Shown here in pieces: positions 30,518 to 40,300 of a DNA stretch of 64,000 bases. The notes below the pieces were generated by a model that had not been told where the DNA came from, ran no database searches, and saw nothing but the letters and a program-made list of their open reading frames with translations. The DNA comes from Candidatus Hodarchaeota archaeon. GTDB taxonomy: Archaea; Asgardarchaeota; Heimdallarchaeia; Hodarchaeales; Hodarchaeaceae. Every line of letters starts with the position of its first letter. Position 1 is the first letter of the stretch. Location: assembly GCA_016839785.1 (NCBI GenBank), contig JAEOTQ010000177.1:30550-94549 (forward strand), written 5' to 3'. The position numbers were made by a program, and so were the translations under genes.

Positions 30518-31021
30518 CTAATAAGTCTCCCGATGCACAAGTTTTTCCAAATTTTTTCGGTTCGATTCTCGAGTATGATCAGGATAACCCACCGCAACTA
30601 TTGCTAACACACGTAATTTCTCGGGGATATTCAGCATGGATTTAATTTCTTTCTCAATTTGCGGTTTATTAATAACTCCTGCCCAACAGGTACCCAAACC
30701 CAAGGCGTGAGCCATAATCATAAATTGCATAGTGGCAAGAGCGGTATCTGATTGATGGTAATCCTGATGGATAGTCGGGTCAGTGAGTGGAATAAAGATA
30801 ACAGGACTTTCTGCAACAAATTTAGCATAAGGATGGATAGCTGCCATTTTATTTCGAATTTCAGAGTCAGTTACAATCATGAACTCCCAAGGTTGCTTAT
30901 TTGATGCGGAGGGAGCCCATTGAGCAGCTTCAAGACATTTCTGAATTTTTTCTTCTTCTACAGGCGTTGATTTATATTTTCTAATACTTCGACGGGTTTT
31001 TAGTAATTCTAAGACGTCCAT
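30518..31021 (-). CDS. Nitroreductase-family NAD(P)H-flavin oxidoreductase
   Basis: TRRSIRKY near the N-terminus, then SASNKQPWEF. These are typical FMN-binding nitroreductase motifs. Confidence 0.8.
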   Translation of the reverse strand: MDVLELLKTRRSIRKYKSTPVEEEKIQKCLEAAQWAPSASNKQPWEFMIVTDSEIRNKMAAIHPYAKFVAESPVIFIPLTDPTIHQDYHQSDTALATMQFMIMAHALGLGTCWAGVINKPQIEKEIKSMLNIPEKLRVLAIVAVGYPDHTRESNRKNLEKLVHRETY

Positions 31022-31041
31022 TATAATTCCTTCTAGTTTTT

Positions 31042-32013
31042 CTATGTTACTTTCCAGCTCTGCAATTCACGTAAAGAAACATTTGCCCCGCAGAGAATGA
31101 TACCTATCTTTTCGAAGGGGGATAAATCAAACTTTTTCTCAAGAAGGGCAGCAACGATACACGAAGTTGCGGGTTCCACCAATATTTTTTCTTCCATTAG
31201 TAAGAACTTTAGGGCTTTTAGTGCCTCCTCATCAGTCACTGTTTGCATATCATTAACACTTACTTTTATGCGAGCCAACGTATCTTCTGTTGTTTGTTGA
31301 GCTCCTAAAGTTTTGGCAATACTAGTGATTGCAGGTAGATGCTCTATTTTTCCTGATTTGAAACTTTGGGTTACCGCGTGAGCACCAATTGTTTCTACTC
31401 CATAAACATGGATTTCAGGTTTCATTTGTTTAGCAACCATCCCCACTCCACTAATTAGCCCACCTCCACCGACTGATAAGAATATAGCGTCGAGATCTGA
31501 TTGTTCATTCAACATTTCAACTGCTATCGTTCCTTGTCCTCTAACTACAGCCACATCGTCAAACGCATGGACATAGGGTAACTGCATTTTTTCCGCATAT
31601 TCTTGCGCTTTTACATCCGCTTCATCCCATGATGACCCATGGAGAACGGGAGTTCCTCCCCAAAATTTAATTGATTCAATTACTTCTTTTCCTGAATTAG
31701 CTGGAAGATAGACGATAGCAGGGATTTTAAGCTCATTACAAATGTAAGACACAGCTAAACCATGATTTCCTCCACTAGCTGTTACCACACCTTCCTCGCA
31801 ATTCTCTAGTGAGAGTATTTTTGAACATGCCCCTCTTACCTTGAAGGATCGCGTGGGTTGGAGATATTCTAATTTGTAATAGACTTTTTTATTAAGTAAT
31901 ACCTCTAATGCATATCCACGAATGATAGGACTTCGTAAAATATATGGCCGAATCGTAGAAAGAGTTTTTTGGACTTCTTGAAGGGTTAAGCCCGCATAGA
32001 GATTCTTCGCCAT
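31042..32013 (-). CDS. PLP-dependent threonine/serine dehydratase (fold-type II, catalytic domain only)
   Basis: YLQPTRSFKVRGA (PLP-lysine motif) and the Gly-rich loop SVGGGGLISG. There is no C-terminal ACT domain. Confidence 0.8.
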   Translation of the reverse strand: MAKNLYAGLTLQEVQKTLSTIRPYILRSPIIRGYALEVLLNKKVYYKLEYLQPTRSFKVRGACSKILSLENCEEGVVTASGGNHGLAVSYICNELKIPAIVYLPANSGKEVIESIKFWGGTPVLHGSSWDEADVKAQEYAEKMQLPYVHAFDDVAVVRGQGTIAVEMLNEQSDLDAIFLSVGGGGLISGVGMVAKQMKPEIHVYGVETIGAHAVTQSFKSGKIEHLPAITSIAKTLGAQQTTEDTLARIKVSVNDMQTVTDEEALKALKFLLMEEKILVEPATSCIVAALLEKKFDLSPFEKIGIILCGANVSLRELQSWKVT

Positions 32014-32015
32014 GG

Positions 32016-32807
32016 TTATCCCTTTTTTGAGTAATATTTCTTTGCGAGGATGGCAGCTCCATAAGCTCCATTCATCTGAGGCTCTGCTGGAATTTTAAGC
32101 TCTACTTCTAATTCTCTTTCCAGCATTGTTCTTACTGCAGGATTTAACGCTACTCCACCTGTTAGAGATATTTCTGGGTGAATACCTACACGAGCGGCAA
32201 GCGCTATGATTTTACTCACGATGGAAGTATGAATTCCTGCAATAATATCATCACGATCCGCCCCTTGATTTATTCTAGAGATTACTTCAGATTCAGCAAA
32301 TACCGTGCATGTACTTGAGATTTTACTTGGTGATGTTGATTTAAGCCCCATAGGCCCAAAGTCTTCTATCGAGACTTCCAAGGCACTAGCCATTACTTCC
32401 AAAAATCTTCCTGATCCAGCAGAACATTTATCATTCATCTCAAAATCTTGAACCTGACCCTTTTCATTGACACGAATTACTTTTGAATCCTGTCCTCCAA
32501 TATCAATTATTGTTTGAATTGAAGGGTCAGAGTGATGAGCTCCTACAGCGTGACAGGTTATTTCAGTTATAGTTTTGTCAGCATTCTCCACTAATTTCCG
32601 TCCATACCCCGTTGATATGATATAATCAATTTTTTGTTTACCAAAAAAGTCTTGAGCATTATTTAGCAGGTTTCTTGCAATATTACCTGGTGCATAGCCC
32701 ACTTTTTTTAATTGAGAAAAATTATTTTTATTAGAAGGATCTTTGGTATTTAGGACCACAATTTTTGCAGTAAGTGAACCAATATCTATACCTGCGACGA
32801 GTGCCAT
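32016..32807 (-). CDS. BadF/BadG/BcrA/BcrD-family ATPase (2-hydroxyacyl-CoA dehydratase activator, HgdC-like)
   Basis: Acetate/sugar-kinase-fold phosphate motifs GIDIGSLTAKIVV, TGYGRK and DIGGQDSKVI. The cluster-bridging region NDKCSAGSGRFLE. Confidence 0.7.
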   Translation of the reverse strand: MALVAGIDIGSLTAKIVVLNTKDPSNKNNFSQLKKVGYAPGNIARNLLNNAQDFFGKQKIDYIISTGYGRKLVENADKTITEITCHAVGAHHSDPSIQTIIDIGGQDSKVIRVNEKGQVQDFEMNDKCSAGSGRFLEVMASALEVSIEDFGPMGLKSTSPSKISSTCTVFAESEVISRINQGADRDDIIAGIHTSIVSKIIALAARVGIHPEISLTGGVALNPAVRTMLERELEVELKIPAEPQMNGAYGAAILAKKYYSKKG

Positions 32808-32974
32808 TCGTTTTATCAGTCCTAGACAATTCTTGCATAAATTTTCCTTTGATCAGGTCGTTGCAATTTAGCATTATAAACTAAGTCGTGTGCTAATAAT
32901 ATTTGATGAGGAGGATTTTGGTTAACGAATTAATGGAAAGAAAATATTGGAAAAAATTTTAAAAATGAATTTAC

Positions 32975-34936
32975 TCAACAATAAATGCATAAATCATTAG
33001 CCCGTATATGCTTGGAGCAATACCACTTTTGACAGTTGTTACACTGCCGAAATGTTGAGTAATAGTCAACTTGGTTATTTGATTGATCAAGTGCTTTCCG
33101 TAATGAGGTGATCATTTTGTCTCGCTCAACATTTGACACAATCAATTCATCTAATTCATTAAGAAAGGTAAATGAATCAAGAGAGGTAATTTGTTGCTCT
33201 GAATCAGTTATTTGTTTCAATTTTGTAAATAGTAGATCGATATTTGACATTTTTTCCTGATCTAATTGTTCCCATCCTTCTGGAAACGACTCTATAAGTG
33301 TTAAAACTTGTGAAAAGTAAATTAATTTACGCCATCCAATTGCATCATCGTATTTATACAGAAAATGTTTGCATAAAGCATGATTGCACTTAAAAACTAG
33401 GGAAATTTTGTCTATAGCTTTGTTATACTTTATACTACTCGGAATAGGAAGTAATTTTAATAAAATCCGATAAGAGTTTAATAGATCTGAATGTAGCTTT
33501 TTGGCTGATGTGGTAATGGAGGAACGTTGGTCAGTGAATTTCTCTATCTGTTTATCAAGTCGTTCCTTCAGTTCTTGAACAAAAACTGTATTGTCCTGAT
33601 CTTCGGTTACTTGTTCTTGGAGCATTGAAATAGTCATCACTGACCTCTCTAATTGACTAGCTAAAATTCGTAAATCGGCTGAGTGAAGGAACAGTGAATC
33701 TGTATCAGATAAAGATTGTAGGACTTGGAACTCTGATAAAGCTTCAGAAATGACTTCTGTTTCAACAACTGACTGAATAACCGGTAGTTGAGCCAGAATT
33801 GGATCCAATGGTAAAAATAAATCGTTTACTTGCTGTCGGATATCTTGTATAGTAGCAAAATCTTCCTCGGTTCGAATTTTCTGAGGTTGAATGACCAATA
33901 TTTCTTTTCTAGAGTGTTTTTCTCTTCCAATCCTCCCCAAGATGGCGCTGTTACTGATTAAGTATTCAAGCGCCATATGTAAAACTTCTGCTGGTAACTT
34001 CATACGCTTTCGCAAATAACCAATTGAAATTTCGTTTGCACCAAAATTACGTGCTACACTCATTATCTCGTTAACTAAGGAATCAAGTGTTTCGGTGTCA
34101 AAAATATTTAGGCTTTGCATCTCTTCTTCGGTTATTTCCCCTGAAAATTCTTCACGTAATTCTGATAGGATTTTTTCTCGTTCAGGATTTTTAGTTTCGG
34201 GAACATAAACATTAAACAAAATAGGATCTGAGATATTCGCGTACATCATCTGTAATTTTTCATCGACGTTCAAATCTACTCCTGATATCCTCTGAGTAGT
34301 AGCAAATGCCAAATCTCTACTTGGATTAAACGCGACATTTAGCTGTAAATTCTCATTTCCATAAACCATACACGTGGATACTCCTCCAGCTGCCACTTCC
34401 ATATCGATACGTTCTACAAGGGTTAATAAGGAAGTTATTGAAATTGCGAATAAATATTCATCAATTTGTTGAGTTTCAGATATCACCCAGATTGGGTAAC
34501 CTTCCGAAGCAACTAAGCCAACCGTTTCAAATTTCGTCTTATAACCAAGTTCTATAACATGTTTCATCAATATTTTCATGAAGTCATTTGAATCAAGGTT
34601 TACATCGTGTATCAAAGTCAAATAGATCTTGGGATAGGGAGTAAGTAATTTGATCGATAATGCTCTGGAACGTCCAGATATTGTGAGGGTTCTCCAATTT
34701 GATAGCTGTAACTCATTAGTAAGGATTTGTGTAAGGATAGACCATGCTCGATCAAAAATTGTAAGATATTTCTTATCGACTCTGACTTTATTCACAAATA
34801 TCTTTGATTTCTCATCTTCAATGGAAAAAAGAAACGCCGAATCAAGAGGTGAATCTGAAACCTCAACCATGGTATGCTCCAGGGCATTTTCCAGCAGATC
34901 AAACCATTCTAAAGGACTGCTCAAAAATTCCACCAT
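32975..34936 (-). CDS. Large hypothetical protein: two N-terminal Roadblock/LC7-like domains, a long helical region, and a C-terminal zinc ribbon
   Basis: Residues ~60-110 and ~130-220 (TVGLVASEGYPIWVISETQQIDEYLFAISITSLLTLVERIDMEVAAGG...NVAFNP) show Roadblock-like alternation. The C-terminus has CNNCQKWYCSKH...CIYC. Confidence 0.4.
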   Translation of the reverse strand: MVEFLSSPLEWFDLLENALEHTMVEVSDSPLDSAFLFSIEDEKSKIFVNKVRVDKKYLTIFDRAWSILTQILTNELQLSNWRTLTISGRSRALSIKLLTPYPKIYLTLIHDVNLDSNDFMKILMKHVIELGYKTKFETVGLVASEGYPIWVISETQQIDEYLFAISITSLLTLVERIDMEVAAGGVSTCMVYGNENLQLNVAFNPSRDLAFATTQRISGVDLNVDEKLQMMYANISDPILFNVYVPETKNPEREKILSELREEFSGEITEEEMQSLNIFDTETLDSLVNEIMSVARNFGANEISIGYLRKRMKLPAEVLHMALEYLISNSAILGRIGREKHSRKEILVIQPQKIRTEEDFATIQDIRQQVNDLFLPLDPILAQLPVIQSVVETEVISEALSEFQVLQSLSDTDSLFLHSADLRILASQLERSVMTISMLQEQVTEDQDNTVFVQELKERLDKQIEKFTDQRSSITTSAKKLHSDLLNSYRILLKLLPIPSSIKYNKAIDKISLVFKCNHALCKHFLYKYDDAIGWRKLIYFSQVLTLIESFPEGWEQLDQEKMSNIDLLFTKLKQITDSEQQITSLDSFTFLNELDELIVSNVERDKMITSLRKALDQSNNQVDYYSTFRQCNNCQKWYCSKHIRANDLCIYC

Positions 34937-34937
34937 A

Positions 34938-35360
34938 TTACATAAGTATTTTCAAATTATTAGTGAGTTTTTCAGCCAATAGATTAGCACTACCGTTAGG
35001 GTCAGTAATTACAAGAGTAATTACCTTTTCTGCGATTGAAATCGCAATATCCCGTGATTCACCCTGAACATGAATTAATCGGACTGTTTCTTGGCTTAGG
35101 GTGGATAATGTGCGGTCTCCTAACGATGTACTTGCACCGACAAGTGCGGCATACCGATTGGTTATACTCGCATCGGTAATCTCCTCTATCCCAGATCCTT
35201 CCCGAGAAAGAAGTATGATTGGTAGTCCTTCGGGGGAGGTGAGGGAAATCATCAGAACTTGCGAATTCTGTTCGAAAACTTCATTCAGAACTGGACGGAA
35301 CCCTTCAGATGAATTGTACAATACAAGACCTCGAACTTCTCTTCGAGAACCTAAATACAC
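34938..35360 (-). CDS. Roadblock/LC7 (MglB-like) domain protein
   Basis: 140 aa with the pattern VLMISLTSPEGLPIILLSREG...NRYAALVGASTSLG...IHVQGESRDIAISIAEKVITLVITDPNGSANLL, matching the Roadblock alpha-beta-alpha layout. Confidence 0.5.
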   Translation of the reverse strand: MYLGSRREVRGLVLYNSSEGFRPVLNEVFEQNSQVLMISLTSPEGLPIILLSREGSGIEEITDASITNRYAALVGASTSLGDRTLSTLSQETVRLIHVQGESRDIAISIAEKVITLVITDPNGSANLLAEKLTNNLKILM

Positions 35361-35468
35361 ATGTTATTAAAATATTCTGACCCATGAATATTTGATAACA
35401 CCGAAATGAAATTACAAAGTTCATCTGATTAGCTTCAAAAAAAAAGGAAATTCAAATGGTGTAATTAT

Positions 35469-36521
35469 TTGTCTTCACTTATTACTAGCTTCTGGCAGGA
35501 TCGAGGTTTAAAATTTAAACTATTAGCGGTGATGTTCGTTGTCACTGCCATTCCCTTAACTTTACTTATGACTGTTTATAGTTTTTCAATCAATAATGTT
35601 ATTGATACTATAAAAACTGAATTTAGCGGAAATGCAGCCATAGGTGAATTCGTAGAAGCCGAATTTGTTGACATGATGTGGACTTCGGGTCTCGTCTATA
35701 TAACTGGTTTATTTGGAGGTTTAGCAATAGTTTTTCTATATAGTCGATCTTTAACAAAGCCTATCTTAGATCTAGCTGAGTCAGCGGATGAAATAGCTAA
35801 CAGAGATCTCTCATTGGATAAATATTCAAGCTTAGAGAACCCACGTGGAGATGAAATTGGAAAAGTACAACATTCATTCCTTTTGGCAATCAAGAACCTT
35901 CGTAATATAATTTCTACAAATCAAGGATCAGCAACAAATCTCGCTGCATCTACGCAAGAAATTGCTGCTACTGCGGAAGAGGTGAGTGCTTTAACCGAGG
36001 AAATTGCGGCAACGATTCAAGCGATTTCTGTTGGTGCTTCAAAACAAAGTGAACTAGTCTCTAACGGTTTAAAAAACCTCGATGATATGGCTAAAGTTGT
36101 AGATTCCGCATTAATGAATATAAATAAAACGCTAGAGGTCATCGAGGAAATTGCTAACCAAACAAACTTACTGGCCATTAATGCGGCAATTGAAGCAGCA
36201 CGAGCTGGGGAATTTGGGAAAGGATTTGATGTTGTAGCGGACAATGTAAGACGATTATCCGAAGAAACACGAGTAAATGCAGTCGAAATTTCCCAAATAA
36301 CGCTTGAAATCACTTCTCAAATCAGAATCTCAACTGCAAGTCTTCGTGACCATCTTCAGGAACTTGCTGTCCAAGCTGAAGAGTATAGCGCATCAAGTGA
36401 GGAAGTGGCCGCGAGTACTGAAGAACAGTCCAGTGCAGTAAGTCAGTTGACATCTTCCTTACAAGAACTCACAAATTTGAGCACACAAATGACAGAATCC
36501 ATCGATCAATTCAATCTTTGA
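35469..36521 (+). CDS. Methyl-accepting chemotaxis protein (short MCP: 2 TM, HAMP, signalling domain)
   Basis: Two N-terminal TM helices, then the conserved signalling hairpin [21 protein letters not shown]...[30 protein letters not shown]. Confidence 0.85.
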   Translation: MSSLITSFWQDRGLKFKLLAVMFVVTAIPLTLLMTVYSFSINNVIDTIKTEFSGNAAIGEFVEAEFVDMMWTSGLVYITGLFGGLAIVFLYSRSLTKPILDLAESADEIANRDLSLDKYSSLENPRGDEIGKVQHSFLLAIKNLRNIISTNQGSATNLAASTQEIAATAEEVSALTEEIAATIQAISVGASKQSELVSNGLKNLDDMAKVVDSALMNINKTLEVIEEIANQTNLLAINAAIEAARAGEFGKGFDVVADNVRRLSEETRVNAVEISQITLEITSQIRISTASLRDHLQELAVQAEEYSASSEEVAASTEEQSSAVSQLTSSLQELTNLSTQMTESIDQFNL

Positions 36522-36536
36522 TTTTTCTCAAGAAAT

Positions 36537-37079
36537 CTACTCAGTGTGTGTGAAATGCCATAAAGTATAGGTATTCCCTGATCCTGAATGAATCGCGGAT
36601 TCCTTACTAATTTGCTGAGTATCAACCAACGATTCAAGAACATTGACAAGGACATCACTATCAATTTCCAATCCTTTTGCATTTAAAGACTGGAGAATTC
36701 TTGTTTTAGAAAGTTTTTGATTGTTGAATTGAGATATTAACATCTTTTCAATTTCCTCTAATGAAATAGATTTACTTTCATTCTGTGAAGATTTTATATT
36801 ATTTTTATAGACTTGGTTCAGATTTCGCCCTTCTATTAAATAGGAGGAAAGGTAATTTGCTAATATCGCAGCCGTTCCATCACAGGGAATCCTTAACGCC
36901 TTACCATACGATATTTGGTCTTCTTCATTTTTCCGAGCTTCTTGAATTTCGATTGTAGCCCGTGTCATTCCCCATTGAGAATGGTTCGCAGGGGCCCATA
37001 ACTTAATATTTATACTTCGTTGTTTAGATATCTGTATTCTTTCAAATTTAACTGGACCAGAAGAGGATTGATTAACCAA
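36537..37079 (-). CDS. Hypothetical protein
   Basis: 180-aa ORF with no recognised motif. Confidence 0.35.
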   Translation of the reverse strand: MVNQSSSGPVKFERIQISKQRSINIKLWAPANHSQWGMTRATIEIQEARKNEEDQISYGKALRIPCDGTAAILANYLSSYLIEGRNLNQVYKNNIKSSQNESKSISLEEIEKMLISQFNNQKLSKTRILQSLNAKGLEIDSDVLVNVLESLVDTQQISKESAIHSGSGNTYTLWHFTHTE

Positions 37080-37353
37080 GAGACTTCACCAATTTTACTA
37101 ATAGTTTGTCTGCATAAAAGAGTTATTAAGGGTGATTTTGAAAATAAAGAACTTCTATTCATCATATAAAACCGAATTTCAAGAAGTCTTTTCAAAATAA
37201 GACAAATTTTCAATTGAGAAAAGAAATAAGACGAATACCGACACAGCAATCTTATAAAACTCATGAATATTAGAGTTGGTGTGCAAGCATCATCAGTTTT
37301 TAATAATCATAATTCACTCCAATTCAAAGACATGACGTGAGGGTATTTAGGAC

Positions 37354-40300
37354 ATGAGAGACTTTTCTGAGGATAATCACTCGAATGCAGATTATTTGAA
37401 GAAGAGGTTACACCAAGGTCGACTGTTGATTCAATCGATAAAAACTCGCAAGTTACGGTCTGAACTAAAGTCAATCAAATCTCATACACGAACTAATATT
37501 CGCTCACAAACTCAAAAACTTACTAAATTTTCATGGCAAAGGAGTACCAGACAAAGAGGAGCAGGAATCATGCTCTCCTGGGGATTAGCCAGACGAAATG
37601 TCACTAGATCGAAATATCGTTCTTTTTTGTTGATTTTTGGTATTATGCTAACGGTTGCTCTTGAAACAGGTATTGTAATATCTGTTGATACGCTCTATGA
37701 TGATTTTGTTTTTGACCATCGAAATCAAAACTACACCGATATTACAGTCCATCCTATTAATTGGCAGAATCTCGCGAATATGACGCAAATGGCACAGAAA
37801 GTTGCAAAAACCCCAGGGGTGGTAAGAGCCAGTCCAGTATACTATACAAACATAGATAATCTATTTGGTCAAGCAGTCAAGAAGAGTAACATACTGATTT
37901 ATGGAATTGACTCAAAAACACACCCTGATTTTCGACGAATCAATATTACATTAGGTGAACGGAGTTTAAAGAATAATCGGATGATTATTTCCGATACATT
38001 GTATGATCAAGGTGGGTTAACTATAGGTGAGAGTGTTAATCTTAATGATTTAGGCCCCGAATACAAATCCCAAGAGATTACTCTCGGCGGAGTAATGGAT
38101 GATGAACCATTTTTCGGGAATAAAATCGGTTATGCATTCATTCTTCTTGATATAGAGCTTCTATATAATATTGTTTATGAAAATCAACTTATTTCTTTGT
38201 TATCAAGTGAAATTGATGTAGAAATCAATAGTATAGTAGATATCAAGAAAATTAGTGAAAATATCAAAGATGCTGTAGGGTTAAATTACTATGTTTTTTC
38301 AGAAAAAGATATTTCAGAGATTGAAGCATCAGGAATACGTGCCTATCAAACTGCAATGAATTTAGTTATCATGGCGTCATTCGTTGTGGAATTTTTGTTT
38401 ATTACGAATGTTCTCGCAATTTCAATTCGTGATAGATCAAAAGAATTCGGTATCATAAGAGCTATTGGGGGGAAAGCATACCAATTGATTGAATCTGTTG
38501 CATATGAAATCCTCATTTATTCCGCTATTGGCTGTACTATAGGAGTAGGAGTTGGAATTGCCCTTTCTTCTGTGTTAACAGGTGTAATGGATGATTATTA
38601 TGTGGGTCTTGAGTTTCAACAGCTTTCTATTCATACTACCTCACTTATTGTGACATATCTCTCAGGAGCCCTTGTTGCATTAATTTCGGGTCTTTATCCC
38701 ATCTTTTTAGCTATTTCCATGCCTGTAGTTCAAAATATTCATTCAAGGATGAGATCTGGATCATCTTTTGATACTTTAACTAATTCTTGGAAATATACCG
38801 TAGGGACTGGATTTCTTCTAGCCCTTGTTGGTTTTATTCTGCAATATTATGTAGGCCCTTCGCGCTTTCTTGATTTTGAAATATTATCTCTCCATTTTGT
38901 TGCAGTTCTTATGATTTTTATTGGAACTGTATTTCTAGAAATAGGAATCCTTGTGTTTCTACCAAAAATTGCCATGAAATTATTAATTGGATTCAGTTTC
39001 ATTACTCGTACGATTTCCACGAGAAATATTGCACGTGAATTTCAAAAATCGCTTTTTACAATAATGACGTCTGCTATGGCATTAACTTTCATAATTGTTG
39101 TCGGATTGATTAGTGCTGCTGTTATATCTGGTGTACCTGCATATTATGAAAATCAATGGGGAGCAATTGATCTTGTAGCGGAGACAAGAGATGCTGAACT
39201 CCTTCCTACAAGTACCACAAACCGAATAGATGGTATGAGTGGAGTTGTTCGGAGTTCATTCATACAAGAAGTGAGAACTGAGGTTGATAACACATCTAGT
39301 TATGTTTATGGTGTCGATCCCTTCAAGTATGTTTATTTTAGCGAACCACCTGTTGATAGTTTATCATCCTTCCAACCGTATGAACTACTTAGTCAATCAA
39401 ATGTTAACAGGACGAATGGTGTAATTTCTCATATCCTATATCAAAAACTTCGAGTTCCGCTAGGATCTAATATTTCTTTAAAGATCGCAACTAATTCAAC
39501 CGTAAATAATTCAATTGTAAAGAATTCAACCGTAGGTAATTCAACCGTAAAAATTAGAACAGTAAATGTAACTCTGACCGCAGTAGTTAAAGCCAATATA
39601 TTCTTGGGGAATGGGGAGTATTTATATATTCCCAGTGCACAATTTCGTGAATTTTTCAACTCGACTGTTGCAAAGTGGTTTCTATGTGATGTGGAGGAGG
39701 ATGAGGTTCAAAGAGTAAAGAGGAATCTAGAGTTTAATTTTCCAGAATTTAAAGAAGATGGCGTAGTTTCCATTACTTTTTTCACAGATATGATGAGAGA
39801 GAGTTTGATCTTTCAGTCAGCGATTTTCCAAGTCTTATTTTTTGAATCATTTATTTTAGCTGCCATTGCTCAATTTGTTTGCATTTTAGTATCAACTTTG
39901 CGAATGGAGCGTGAAATTGGAATAATGCGAAGCTTGGGATTGAATCGGAGAGGAGTTTTCGGAATATTTATGACAGAATCAATTGCATTAGGCATTTCAG
40001 CATTATTTGTTGGATTGTTTGATGGAATACTCGGTGCTGTACTGCTTGCGGATTATATCTCTGCATCGATTCCAATTTTTGTCTCGTTCCCTGCCACAAG
40101 TTTAATCATCTGGATGAGTATTTCCTTTCTAATAACAATTCTTAGTACCCTTCTCCCTTCATATCGATCAAGTCGTAAAAATATTGTCGCAACGATCTCT
40201 GGGCGTCCTATGGTAAAGGGATATGTCGATAAAGATCCATACCGTTTAAGATCGGAATTAAGAGCGGTTGAAAGCCCATGGCTTACCTCATATGGTTCTT

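Noticed and set aside
39493-39567. Possible CRISPR-like repeat array
   Set aside because: The units are only 15 bp long, directly tandem with no spacers, and in frame inside a long CDS. This is a coding microsatellite, not a CRISPR array.
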